Source of the DNA: Candidatus Kuenenbacteria bacterium
Lineage (GTDB): Bacteria; Patescibacteriota; Patescibacteriia; UBA11705; JABHMO01
DNA length: 56,940 bases
Direction of reading: 5' to 3'
Assembly: GCA_013202715.1 (NCBI GenBank)
Contig: JABMRF010000053.1
Span: forward strand, 1 to 56,940
Below the pieces are notes generated by a model. The model made no database searches and was not told where the DNA came from. It worked only from the letters and a program-made list of their open reading frames with translations. Below are positions 10,681 through 20,704 of the stretch, in pieces; positions within the stretch are counted from its first letter, which is position 1, and the number at the start of each line of letters is the position of its first letter. The position numbers were made by a program, and so were the translations under genes.

Positions 10681-11823
10681 TTAATCTTCTTTAGCCTTCT
10701 TGACCTTACAAATATTTCGCACAATAAACTGATTCGAGCGAGAATACTGCCAGCTCATATCAAGTTCGAGGTCCTGTGGCAATAGGTCCTGCATATCAAT
10801 AGTATAGAATTTGCCTTTGATTTTTATCGAAGGAATCACAATTATGATTGTTCCGCTTTGCTTGAGTACGGTCGACATTGATTTGAAGGCCGCTCGATAA
10901 AGTTTTTTTAGCTCACGCATGATGTGTTCCAATTGGTTTTCCGATTCATTGCCTCTGATTGGTGGGCCTAGATATGGTTCAGTTACAATGGCGTTGATCG
11001 AATTCGGAGTCACTTTTTGTGTTAAATTTTGAATGTCCTGTTGCCATACTTTGCAATTATTTTTATAGCCAATGCTTGAGAGCCAAGCTAGATTTTCCTT
11101 GGAATCAGTAATTGCTTTTTTGCTGGCATCGGTTCCGGTTATATTTTTATGACCAAGAAAAATGGCCTGCTGAAGGATTGTTCCAGAACCGCAAAAGGGA
11201 TCCAGTATTGCTTGGTTGAAATTAGTACCAGAAAGATTGATCATGATCTGGGCTAGCTTCGGTGGAATCATGCCAGAAAAGTCATCTCGCGCCGGCCGGC
11301 CGAAGTCAAGTTTTGAAAATAGTTCAAAGGGTTGAACTGCCAGAGTTTTTCCCAGAAAAATTTGTTTATCAGCTTTGATAATCACAAGTTCGATTCCACC
11401 CTTGGCAATCAAATTTTTCTGGACAATTACAGAGCTTAGAGGGTATGTTTTGCTGGAAACAAATCGAGCTTTGACATTATTTTGCTTTAAAAGTTTTTTT
11501 AGTTGCAAACCGGTTTTTTGCACATCAAAGTGATAATTGTAGGGACTGATTCCGAAACACATTTTTGTGTCTGATTCCGGGAGCTCTTTTGCCAACATTT
11601 CTGGTGTTGGTTTTGAAATCTCTCGAATAATTTCCCCGATCTTAATCGTTCCGGCCAACTGCTTAATTAAAAAAGATGATTCGATTTCTTGTTTTATATT
11701 CAAAATTAAAAAGTCGTTTGCATCAGATTCGATCTCAAACTCTATTTGTAATTGATTTAATTTAGTTTTAATTTCCGCCTTGGACAGATCTGGGTGATTT
11801 CCAAGGATGAAGAAGTAGGTCAT
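10681..11823 (-). CDS. Class I SAM-dependent RNA methyltransferase, Trm11/TrmG10-like (tRNA m2G)
   Basis: ILDPFCGSGT SAM motif, IVTEPYLG motif IV, GMIPPKLAQIMIN. Confidence 0.8.
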   Translation of the reverse strand: MTYFFILGNHPDLSKAEIKTKLNQLQIEFEIESDANDFLILNIKQEIESSFLIKQLAGTIKIGEIIREISKPTPEMLAKELPESDTKMCFGISPYNYHFDVQKTGLQLKKLLKQNNVKARFVSSKTYPLSSVIVQKNLIAKGGIELVIIKADKQIFLGKTLAVQPFELFSKLDFGRPARDDFSGMIPPKLAQIMINLSGTNFNQAILDPFCGSGTILQQAIFLGHKNITGTDASKKAITDSKENLAWLSSIGYKNNCKVWQQDIQNLTQKVTPNSINAIVTEPYLGPPIRGNESENQLEHIMRELKKLYRAAFKSMSTVLKQSGTIIIVIPSIKIKGKFYTIDMQDLLPQDLELDMSWQYSRSNQFIVRNICKVKKAKED

Positions 11824-12219
11824 ATTTATTTCCGCTAAACTACGCCAAACTGCACGCTAAACAACGCCAAGCAATAATTGAACCTTTCGCGTTATGTTTT
11901 GCGTGGTTTTGCGATTACATTATAACATAAAAAGCCGCGCTCTAGGCTAAATTCTTGATGAGGAGAGAAAAAATCAGAAAAAAAGCTAAAAGCACAGCCT
12001 TTGGAGTAGTTTACACTGGATCTGAAAAGTTGTCAAGTCTGCAGACGCAAAAGCGCAAAATTAACATAAATCGCAAAACAGGAACTGTCTTTTTTGCGTT
12101 TTTGCATTTTTAGCGTTTTGGCGTCAGCAGGTTGACGGTTTCATCTAAATTTGCTAGAATGTAATTACGCTTTAAGTATAATTAACTCGATTAACTCAAT
12201 TAACTTAATTCGCTTTCCC

Positions 12220-14208
12220 ATGAACATAACTGAACTTGCCCGAAAATTAAGAGTAAATACACAAGAGCTGCGCGATCAACTGCCAGATCTTGGTTTTGAT
12301 ATTGGCCAAAAAGCGATTAAAATTGATGATAAATTAGCCAGCAGAATTATCAGATCATGGCGCGAATTTCAGGATCGTGAAAGAAAAAAAACTGCTTATG
12401 AAGCGCTAACCAAAAAAGACGAAAAAGGCCAAGTCATTCTAGATAAAAAAGTGAATGTGCCAGGTATATTAACTGTAAAAGATTTTTCAGTTTTATTGGA
12501 TTTACCTGTTTCTGTTGTGATTTCTGAATTAATGAAAAACGGAGTAATGGCTTCAATGAACCAAAGGATTGATTTTGATACCGCAGCAATTGTAGCGGCC
12601 GAGCTCGGTTTCGAAGCAACTGAAATTGATATGGACGAAAAGGTTGAAGCAGACAAAGCAAACAAAGTTTCCGACATGCTCGCTTCTGAGAAAAAAGAAA
12701 ATCTTGAACACCGAGCACCGATTGTTGTTGTTATGGGACACGTTGATCATGGAAAAACAAAACTTTTGGACGCAATTAGAAAAACTGACGTTGTATCAGG
12801 CGAAGCTGGTGGGATTACCCAGCATATTGGTGCGTATCAGGTTGAAAAAAAGGGAAGAAAAATTACTTTTATTGATACTCCGGGTCACGAAGCTTTTACC
12901 GCGATGAGATCTCGTGGTGCAAAAGTTGCCGACATTGCAATTTTGGTTGTTGCTGCAAACGAAGGTGTTAAACCACAGACTGTTGAAGCTTTGAAAATTG
13001 CGCAGGAAGCGGGTGTACCGATTTTGGTGGCAGTTAATAAAATTGATCTGCCTGATGCCAATCCTGAAAAAGTAAAGCAAGAACTTGCGAATTATAATCT
13101 AATGACTGAAGCCTGGGGTGGAAAAACTATTTTTGTAGAAATTTCTGCCAAGTTTAATAAAAATATTGATGGAGTTTTGGAAAATGTTTTGTTAATGGCG
13201 GACATGGAAGCAGAAAAATTACAAGCAAACCCTGAAGGAGAATTTCTTGGCAGTGTTATTGAAGCTCGTGTTGACAAAGGCGAAGGACCGGTAGCAACAG
13301 TACTCGTTCGAAACGGAACTCTACGAGTTGGCGATTATCTTGTAGTTGACGGAGTTTTGTACGGAAAAATTAGAATGATGAGAAATTATAAAAACGAAAC
13401 ACTGACAACTGCAGGGCCGGCAGTACCAGCTAAGATTTTGGGTCTGAAAGTCGCACCAAAAGTTGGAGATATTCTAGAGGCTGTGGATGATCCGAAAAAA
13501 GCGCAAAAAGCAAAAACTTACCGAATGGAAAAAGAAGAAACATTTATTAAACAGGGCGCAGCTGATGAAAATGCTGAAGAAAATAAAAAAATCGTTAAAT
13601 TGAATATTATTTTAAGAACAGATGTTCTTGGCTCTCAGGAAGCTATTATCGAGTCATTAAAAAAGATTGAAACTGCAGACATTAAAATCAATATTGTTTC
13701 CAAGGGCCTCGGAAGTGTATCTGAGAGCGATGTCTTGAGCGCAGAAGCCACAGGCTCAGTTTTGTACGGATTTAATGTTATTGCATCTCCTGCGTCAAAT
13801 TTTTTGGCACGTGACAAGGGCGTAGCCGTCTCAACTTACAAAATTATTTACGAATTGATTGACGATGTTAAGAAAAGACTAAAGGATTTATTTAAACCGG
13901 AAATGATTCGAAGAAGTTTAGGGAAAATAGAAGTGCTGGCTTTATTTAAAAAATCAAAAGACATGCAAATAGTAGGCGGAAAAGTTACTACCGGAATAGT
14001 AGAGGCTGGCACAAAGGTAGCAGTTTTTCGCGGTGAAGAATTTATTACTTCTGGAAAAGTAACCGCACTTCAAGTTGGAAAGGAAGAAGTAAAAGATTGT
14101 GACAAAGGCCAAGAATGTGGCGTTAGTATTGTTGGTCAACCACTAATTGAAATTGGTGATACTCTGGATGTTTATCAGGAAGATGAGCAAATTCAAACAC
14201 TATTATAA
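12220..14208 (+). CDS. infB: Translation initiation factor IF-2
   Basis: [20 protein letters not shown]; start MNITELA at 12220. Confidence 0.98.
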   Translation: MNITELARKLRVNTQELRDQLPDLGFDIGQKAIKIDDKLASRIIRSWREFQDRERKKTAYEALTKKDEKGQVILDKKVNVPGILTVKDFSVLLDLPVSVVISELMKNGVMASMNQRIDFDTAAIVAAELGFEATEIDMDEKVEADKANKVSDMLASEKKENLEHRAPIVVVMGHVDHGKTKLLDAIRKTDVVSGEAGGITQHIGAYQVEKKGRKITFIDTPGHEAFTAMRSRGAKVADIAILVVAANEGVKPQTVEALKIAQEAGVPILVAVNKIDLPDANPEKVKQELANYNLMTEAWGGKTIFVEISAKFNKNIDGVLENVLLMADMEAEKLQANPEGEFLGSVIEARVDKGEGPVATVLVRNGTLRVGDYLVVDGVLYGKIRMMRNYKNETLTTAGPAVPAKILGLKVAPKVGDILEAVDDPKKAQKAKTYRMEKEETFIKQGAADENAEENKKIVKLNIILRTDVLGSQEAIIESLKKIETADIKINIVSKGLGSVSESDVLSAEATGSVLYGFNVIASPASNFLARDKGVAVSTYKIIYELIDDVKKRLKDLFKPEMIRRSLGKIEVLALFKKSKDMQIVGGKVTTGIVEAGTKVAVFRGEEFITSGKVTALQVGKEEVKDCDKGQECGVSIVGQPLIEIGDTLDVYQEDEQIQTLL

Positions 14209-14360
14209 ATAATCAATGGTAATTTTTGTTATCAAAGGCGGACTCTTGACCTCTCGGCTTTGCCTATCGTAGGCAAGCTCGAGGTCCTTGACAAGGGTTT
14301 GTTTTTTTGTTAAGGTTTTATGTAATCAAATAATGTCCTTTTCAAACACAGGAGGCTAGA

Positions 14361-15104
14361 ATGGTGGAAAGAAAATCAGCATCTGAGACGCAGACAATTG
14401 ATTATTACCGACTTTACAAGGACGCTGAAGGACACATTCGTGTTTTGAGCATACAATTGGAAGAAGCACGAAAATCATTTGAGTTTTTGAATGGACAAAA
14501 TGATCATCTGACAGACAAAATCAAACGGCAGGAAGCATTGGTTCTCCAGCTGATGGAAAAACTGAAGGACTTTGCAGTCGATGAGCTGACCGGATTGGCA
14601 CCGCTGGCCGTTTTTGATTCTGCATACGCTCAGGTTATCAGAGATAACTTTAATCAAGATGATCCTGGTTCAGATGTAGTAACCGTCCCGGCCGCCCTGC
14701 TGGTTTTGGACATGGATCAGTTCTGTCAGATCAATGAAGTTCACGGTAGGGCCTTTGGTGATCATATTTTGAAATTTGTCGGTCGCATTATCAGTAGCCG
14801 AATTCGTAATTGCGACAAGGCCTCACGTTACGATGGGCAACGATTCGCCATTCTTCTTCCCAAGTGCCCGCTCAAAGTAGCGGTTCAAAAGGCTCGTGAA
14901 ATTTCCCAAAGACTTACAGCGGAAAATTTTGCTGAAAATGGCAAAGAAGAAATCAGAGTCACGGCCACAATCGGTATCTGTATGTATCAGCGCAAAGTAG
15001 ATCGAGAAAATCTGGTCAAAAAGGCGGAAGTGGCAATGCATTTCGGCAAAGATCAGGGACGGTACTGCACCGTTGTTTACAAAGAAGGTGGCGGCACGAG
15101 ATAG
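14361..15104 (+). CDS. Coiled-coil + degenerate GGDEF domain protein
   Basis: DELTGL, DMDQF..INE.HG...GD; active site reads DGQRF; RxxD I-site (RNCD) present; AGGAGG SD. Confidence 0.85.
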   Translation: MVERKSASETQTIDYYRLYKDAEGHIRVLSIQLEEARKSFEFLNGQNDHLTDKIKRQEALVLQLMEKLKDFAVDELTGLAPLAVFDSAYAQVIRDNFNQDDPGSDVVTVPAALLVLDMDQFCQINEVHGRAFGDHILKFVGRIISSRIRNCDKASRYDGQRFAILLPKCPLKVAVQKAREISQRLTAENFAENGKEEIRVTATIGICMYQRKVDRENLVKKAEVAMHFGKDQGRYCTVVYKEGGGTR

Positions 15105-15360
15105 TTAATCAGTTTGTTCGACCTTCAGAGCTCTTGGGAAATACTCAAGACAGAACAGGCGCGGATGATGATGACGACATGGACCGGACGGCTGAACTAC
15201 CTGTCGTGGTTCCAGAGACTGAGGGACCTTAAAAGTAAACGTCACGTTTGACTAAACATACCCCCGCAATGTGGGGGTTTTTTATTTGTATTGACAGAAA
15301 AGTACTATTTTGCTAACCTTATTAATCAATGGATGTTAATTGAAAATTCAAATTGATTAG

Positions 15361-15407
15361 GCCCTTCTTCGCTCTGTACTTTGTCAGAGCTCCGAAGGGC
15401 ACAGGAG
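15361..15407 (+). promoter_or_regulatory. Leader hairpin motif, copy 1
   Basis: GCCCTTCTTCgCTCT...GAGCTcCGAAGGGCaCAGGAG directly before the SD; copy 2 at 54651. Confidence 0.5.
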
Positions 15408-15413
15408 AAAAAA

Positions 15414-16574
15414 ATGAAACCACTTGGTAGCGATCAAACTGCGATTCAATATTTGCGCTATAAATTTTTGGGTGAAGAGCCGTTAAAGGATTTTATTGGA
15501 CTACGTCCTGACACACTGTGTAATTACAAATGTGTCAGCTGTAAGCAAGTCAAGGGATCCTGCAAGACCAGTGAAAAGGAATTCCAAGATATTCTTGCAG
15601 AGCATGGTAGACAAAGAGTCATCTGTTCAATCTCCGGTGGAGAGCCTCTTTTGACTAATGAACATTTTTTGAGAGTTTTGCAGCATACTCGATTGTGCTC
15701 GACTCTCGGTCTTTATCCCACCTTGTTTTCAAACTGTCATGATCTTGATGGGAGAAAGGTGGAGATGTTGCTTGAGGCGGGCCTCAAACGTCTCACAACC
15801 GCTTTTTACGGTCCTGATGCAGCGTCACATGACAAATGGCGTGGTGTGCCGGGTTCTTTTGTCGCACAGTATAGAGCGTTAAAATTGATTTGTGAGAAAA
15901 AGCGTGAATCGCGTCAGGAATTTGAATTGATTGTATCAATGGTTTTTTTTCGGCAAAATTTTCGGCAACTGTCGGAAATGATTCAGATGCTCGGGGATAT
16001 TTTCGGTGATGAAATTGATCGACTGGATTTTTTCCCGATCAAGGAATATGCGGATCTGTATTTAAGTGAAGAGGATGTTGATTATTTCAAAGGAGAACTG
16101 CTTCCTCGTCTGCTTGTGCAGTTGCATAGTTATGGTTTTGATGTTGCCGGCCGAAAATTGCAGGAAATATTGGAAGGAAATCCTGAAGATGGCGTTTACG
16201 GTATTTTGCCGGAGTGTTGCTACAGCTCTCACACTTCACTTTACGTGTCAGGACATGAGCGTTTGATCTATCCGTGCGGTTATATGTCCGATTACGCGGA
16301 AAGACATCCGGAGTCGGCCGTTGTTCTCGGCAAGGTTGGTGAAAAGTTGGACTTGAGCAAACTTAAAACTTTGCCCATGCCAATCTGTCAGTCTTTGTGT
16401 GGTCCGGTTGTGAAAGGTCATAATCGACGCGCTCAAAGGGCCGTCGAAATAATGCAAGCGATGCCGGATCTGGAGCAAGTGCTAAGACTGCCAAGCTACG
16501 AAAACCAGCTGGTACTGCGACTTCGCAGAGAATATATTGCGATGCGAGACGAAAAGGCTTTCTATCGAAAATAA
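15414..16574 (+). CDS. Radical SAM protein with C-terminal SPASM/twitch-like Cys region
   Basis: CNYKCVSC, SGGEP, HDKWRGVPGSF, C-terminal C..IYPC..ICQSLC; SD AGGAG before ATG 15414. Confidence 0.85.
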   Translation: MKPLGSDQTAIQYLRYKFLGEEPLKDFIGLRPDTLCNYKCVSCKQVKGSCKTSEKEFQDILAEHGRQRVICSISGGEPLLTNEHFLRVLQHTRLCSTLGLYPTLFSNCHDLDGRKVEMLLEAGLKRLTTAFYGPDAASHDKWRGVPGSFVAQYRALKLICEKKRESRQEFELIVSMVFFRQNFRQLSEMIQMLGDIFGDEIDRLDFFPIKEYADLYLSEEDVDYFKGELLPRLLVQLHSYGFDVAGRKLQEILEGNPEDGVYGILPECCYSSHTSLYVSGHERLIYPCGYMSDYAERHPESAVVLGKVGEKLDLSKLKTLPMPICQSLCGPVVKGHNRRAQRAVEIMQAMPDLEQVLRLPSYENQLVLRLRREYIAMRDEKAFYRK

Positions 16575-16773
16575 AACAGTATCCTCCCGTATCACGGGAG
16601 GAATTTTTGTTGTGGAAAAAGTTGCTTGACAGTTTTCTTTAACATGATAAAATTGTATTACATTGTCTTACACCGCCAGTTTTTGGCGGAAGAGCAAAGG
16701 GCACGGAGCAAGGGTCAAAGAAATAATTTAAGCAATTGCTTTATTGATTTTTTGCTTTCTTGTTTTCATTAGT

Positions 16774-16911
16774 ATGCGTTGTGTTGTAACTTTATCTTTG
16801 CCTGAGGAAATGTGCAAAGAGGTTGAAAAACAAATGAAAAAACACAGATTTGTCTCAAAAAGTGAATTTATGAGGCATATTTTGCGTTATTGGTTAAAAA
16901 GTAATAAATAA
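16774..16911 (+). CDS. Small ribbon-helix-helix (CopG/NikR-like) protein, 45 aa
   Basis: MRCVVTLSLPEEMCKEVEKQMKKHRFVSKSEFMRHILRYWLKSNK; below ORF-track cutoff. Confidence 0.7.
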   Translation: MRCVVTLSLPEEMCKEVEKQMKKHRFVSKSEFMRHILRYWLKSNK

Positions 16912-16915
16912 TTGT

Positions 16916-16999
16916 TAATACATGATTTACCTGATTTTTACATGATATACCTGATAGTATGATTCAGTATATCAGTACAAATCAGTACATCAGGTATTA
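16916..16999. repeat. TAC(N)TGAT-unit imperfect palindrome, family copy
   Basis: Similar to 35951-36045 and 56750-56847. Confidence 0.7.
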
Positions 17000-17010
17000 T
17001 AATCAGTAAT

Positions 17011-17331
17011 ATGGAATTAAATGATAATAATTTTGAAGCCGAGGTTCTTAAATACGAAGAAGGCCCGGTATTAGTTGATTTTCATGCGCCTTGGTGCGGA
17101 CCATGTCAGATGCAGGGACCGATTATTGATGAGCTTGCTGGAGAGTTGAAAGATAAGCCAGTTAAAATTGGTAAGCTTAATGTTGACGAAAGTAATCAGA
17201 CCGCTCAAAAATATGGAGTAATGAGTATTCCAACTTTAATTATCTTTGTGAAAGGTGAACCAAAGGAAACTTTGAGTGGTTTACAAAATAAAGATGTGCT
17301 CAAGGAAAAATTAGAAGCGTTAATGAAATAA
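17011..17331 (+). CDS. trxA: Thioredoxin
   Basis: WCGPC, MSIPTL. Confidence 0.97.
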   Translation: MELNDNNFEAEVLKYEEGPVLVDFHAPWCGPCQMQGPIIDELAGELKDKPVKIGKLNVDESNQTAQKYGVMSIPTLIIFVKGEPKETLSGLQNKDVLKEKLEALMK

Positions 17332-17405
17332 GAAACTAGAAACTTGAAACTCGGGTTGAAGCTACGGTTTAAAAATCACTGGTCTCTACCCAAATTTCCA
17401 TAAAT

Positions 17406-18368
17406 ATGTACGATGTAATCATTATCGGTGGTGCCTGTGCTGGATTATCAGCAGGGATTTATACCGGCCGACGAGAGTTAAAAACAATTATTTTATCCAA
17501 AGATGTTGGTGGCCAGCTGGCCATTACAACTGAAGTGGAGAATTTTCCGGGAACGTTGTCGATCAAAGGGCCGGAGCTAGCAATGAAGTTCAAAGAACAC
17601 GCTGAAAAATCCGGCGCGGAAATTAAATTTGCCGAAGTGACAGAAATTCAAAAGAAAGGTTCTGGCTATCTTGTAAAAACAAAAGATGACGAGTTTGAAT
17701 CTGAAGTTGTAATACTTGCTTTCGGACTAAAACAGCGACAGATTGGTGTCCCCGGTGAAAAAGAATTAACCGGCAAAGGTGTTGCTTACTGCGCGACTTG
17801 TGATGGACCATTATTTAGAGGAAAAAGGGTTGCCGTTGTTGGAGGTGGAAATTCTGCGTTTGACGCAGTTGAATATTTGGCTGGCTTAGCGGAAAAAGTT
17901 TATATGTTTGCTCGACGCGATGTTTATCGAGCAGAGGATGTTTTGATTGAGTCAGTCAAGGCAAAAGAAAATGTTGAAATTATGGATTTTACGGAAGTTG
18001 AGGAATTTGTCGGGTCAAATAAACTTGAAAAAGTGAAACTTGTAAATAATCAAACCCAGGAAAAAAGCGAACTGGAATTGGACGGCGTGTTTATTGAAAT
18101 CGGCTGGGAAAGTCAGGTCGGCCGGATTAAAGGATTATCAGATTTGGTTGAAGTGAGCGAGCGCGGATTTGTTGTTGTTGATAATGAAGGCAAAACTAAA
18201 GCTGATGGAATTTTTGCCGCCGGAGATGTTACTGATACTCCATTTAAACAAGCCGTAATTTCAGCTGGCGATGGAGCCAAGGCGGCCATGAGCGCGGCAG
18301 TTTACATTGCTCGCAAAAAAGGAAAGGAGATTGGCGATGTTTTTTCCGACAGAGCCAAGAAAAGATAA
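17406..18368 (+). CDS. trxB: Thioredoxin reductase
   Basis: CATCDG, VVGGGNSA, FAAGD. Confidence 0.95.
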   Translation: MYDVIIIGGACAGLSAGIYTGRRELKTIILSKDVGGQLAITTEVENFPGTLSIKGPELAMKFKEHAEKSGAEIKFAEVTEIQKKGSGYLVKTKDDEFESEVVILAFGLKQRQIGVPGEKELTGKGVAYCATCDGPLFRGKRVAVVGGGNSAFDAVEYLAGLAEKVYMFARRDVYRAEDVLIESVKAKENVEIMDFTEVEEFVGSNKLEKVKLVNNQTQEKSELELDGVFIEIGWESQVGRIKGLSDLVEVSERGFVVVDNEGKTKADGIFAAGDVTDTPFKQAVISAGDGAKAAMSAAVYIARKKGKEIGDVFSDRAKKR

Positions 18369-18373
18369 AATTT

Positions 18374-19648
18374 ATGAACAATCCATTTAAAAATGCAATC
18401 AAACAATTAGAAAAAGCTGCTCAAGTTATTAATTTAGATAATAAGGTTTTGGCTTTATTAAAAACGCCGGATCGAATCCTTCAAGTTAAAGTTCCAGTAA
18501 AGATGGACGATGGTAGTTTGAAAATATTTGAGGGCTATCGAGTTCAGCACAACAATTGGGCCGGCCCTTACAAAGGCGGACTTCGATATTATCCAACAGT
18601 TGATCTCGATGAAGTAAAAGCTCTGGCTTTTTGGATGACTATCAAATGCGCAGTGGCCGGAATTCCAATGGGTGGCGGAAAGGGCGGAGTTACAGTTAAT
18701 CCAAAAGAATTAAGCGAAGGTGAACTGGAAAGACTCAGTCGCGAATTTGGCAAAGTCTTGGCGCCCAATATTGGACCGAGAGTTGATGTACCAGCTCCGG
18801 ATGTTTATACCAATTCGAAAATTATGAATTGGGTGAAAGAATCATTTATCGAATATCGAAAAAATATAATTAAAGAAAGTGGTTGCGATTTGAAGGAAAA
18901 ACAAGAAAAAGAATTTGAAGCGGTTATTACCGGAAAGGCGCTTGACCAAGGCGGAAGCAAGGGCCGTGATCGCGCAACGGCAATGGGTGGCTTTTATATT
19001 TTGCAAAAGATTATAGAAAATCAAAATTTATCAGTTCCAACTGTGGCAATCCAAGGGTTTGGTAACGCCGGTATGACTATGGCAGAGCTTTGCTCTGAGG
19101 CTGGCTACAGAGTTGTGGCTGTTTCAGATTCCAAGGGAGGTATTTACAATCCGGAAGGATTAGACATTAAAAAGGTTGTTGAGCAAAAGAAATCCACAGG
19201 GGGGATCAAGGGGATAGAGGGGATAAAGGAGATAGAAAATGCGGAATTGTTAGAGCTAAATGTCGATGTTTTGGTTCCGGCCGCGCTGGAGAACGTTATT
19301 ACAGGAGAGAATGCAGAGAACGTTAAAGCAAAATATATCATTGAACTTGCAAATGGCCCGGTCACTCCTGAGGCGGATGACATTTTGGCTAAAAATGGAG
19401 TAAAATCTGTGCCTGATGTGCTGGCTAATGGTGGAGGCGTTACAGTTAGTTACTTTGAGTGGCAGCAAAATTTGTCAGGGGAAAGTTGGACAGAAGAACA
19501 GGTTCTGAATAAATTAAAGGAGATTATTGTCCCAGCATTTGAAACAATCTGGCAACTTAGTATAGAAAAACAAATTGACCTCCGAACAGCGGCTTTTGCT
19601 GTTGCTCTTGAGAGATTGAATAAGCTATGCTATACTATAGATACATAA
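18374..19648 (+). CDS. gdhA: Glu/Leu/Phe/Val dehydrogenase (glutamate dehydrogenase)
   Basis: GPYKGGLR, GGGKGG, DVPAPDV, QGFGNAG, NGGGVTVSYFEW. Confidence 0.93.
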   Translation: MNNPFKNAIKQLEKAAQVINLDNKVLALLKTPDRILQVKVPVKMDDGSLKIFEGYRVQHNNWAGPYKGGLRYYPTVDLDEVKALAFWMTIKCAVAGIPMGGGKGGVTVNPKELSEGELERLSREFGKVLAPNIGPRVDVPAPDVYTNSKIMNWVKESFIEYRKNIIKESGCDLKEKQEKEFEAVITGKALDQGGSKGRDRATAMGGFYILQKIIENQNLSVPTVAIQGFGNAGMTMAELCSEAGYRVVAVSDSKGGIYNPEGLDIKKVVEQKKSTGGIKGIEGIKEIENAELLELNVDVLVPAALENVITGENAENVKAKYIIELANGPVTPEADDILAKNGVKSVPDVLANGGGVTVSYFEWQQNLSGESWTEEQVLNKLKEIIVPAFETIWQLSIEKQIDLRTAAFAVALERLNKLCYTIDT

Positions 19649-19672
19649 GAAACTAATAATCTAAAAAACCTT

Positions 19673-19930
19673 ATGCCAAGAAAATTGAACCCGGCTCTTA
19701 AAAAGCCATTAAAGTTAACTCCAGAGTTAGAAGCAGTGGTTGGAAAAGGTCCAATCCCTCGATTCGAAGTTGTAAAGAAAATTTGGGTTTACATCAAGAA
19801 GCATGATCTTCAGAACCCAAAGAATCGACGAAACATTATTGCTGATGAAAAGTTACTACCATTGTTTGGTGGTAAAAAAGAAGTTAACATGTTTGAAATG
19901 ACAAAACTTGTTTCAAAGCACATGAGCTAA
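19673..19930 (+). CDS. Stand-alone SWIB/MDM2 domain protein
   Basis: EVVKKIWVYIKKHDLQNPKNRRNIIADEKL. Confidence 0.92.
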   Translation: MPRKLNPALKKPLKLTPELEAVVGKGPIPRFEVVKKIWVYIKKHDLQNPKNRRNIIADEKLLPLFGGKKEVNMFEMTKLVSKHMS

Positions 19931-19949
19931 ATTATTCTAGATACAAGCA

Positions 19950-19971
19950 GAGCCCCCGAGAGGGGGCTTTT
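19950..19971 (+). terminator. Intrinsic terminator
   Basis: AGCCCCC-gaga-GGGGGCTTTT. Confidence 0.65.
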
Positions 19972-20029
19972 GTGATAGGAAAAAATGTGATAGGATTAAG
20001 AATGTATTATGTATTATAGAAAAAGTATT

Positions 20030-20638
20030 ATGGATTATAAATACGAACAAAACCTAATCGACCGCGGTTACAAATTCGTTTGCGGAATCGACGAAGCCGG
20101 TCGCGGACCACTGGCTGGGCCTCTAATTTCCGCGGCAGTGATTTTGGATCCTGAAAAAATTGACAGTTTTGAAATTGTAAAAGATTCAAAGATGCTCAGC
20201 GCCAAGAAAAGAGATGAGGCCTTTGAAATAATCCTGGCCAATGCAAAATCCTGGGCAATCGGAGTTGTTTCAAGTGATGAGCTTGATAAGCATGGTCTGG
20301 CTTTTGCAAATAAAATTGCTATGAAGCGGGCGTGGAAACATTTACAGATAAAACCGGATTATATTTTATCGGATTACATGGCTAGGGTTTATTTTGAAAC
20401 TCCGTTTGAGCTTATCAAAAGTGGTGACAAAAAAATTATTTCAGTTGCGGCCGCTTCAATCATTGCAAAAGTTTTTCGCGATAGGATGATGTGCGCTTTT
20501 GACATTAAATATCCGGGTTACGGCTTTGAACAACACAAAGGCTATGGCACCAAATTTCATATTGAGAGAATTACCCAATACGGTCCGTGCGAGATTCACC
20601 GCAAGACTTTTGAACCGATGAAAGCGAAACTATTTTGA
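20030..20638 (+). CDS. rnhB: Ribonuclease HII
   Basis: GIDEAGRGPLAGP, DSK, AAASIIAKV.RD, HKGYGT; start 20030 or 20009. Confidence 0.96.
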   Translation: MDYKYEQNLIDRGYKFVCGIDEAGRGPLAGPLISAAVILDPEKIDSFEIVKDSKMLSAKKRDEAFEIILANAKSWAIGVVSSDELDKHGLAFANKIAMKRAWKHLQIKPDYILSDYMARVYFETPFELIKSGDKKIISVAAASIIAKVFRDRMMCAFDIKYPGYGFEQHKGYGTKFHIERITQYGPCEIHRKTFEPMKAKLF

Positions 20639-20704
20639 TTTGATGTTTTTATAAAAAAAACTCCCCCAGGACTGAACTGGGGGAGTTTAATATTTATTAT
20701 TTGA

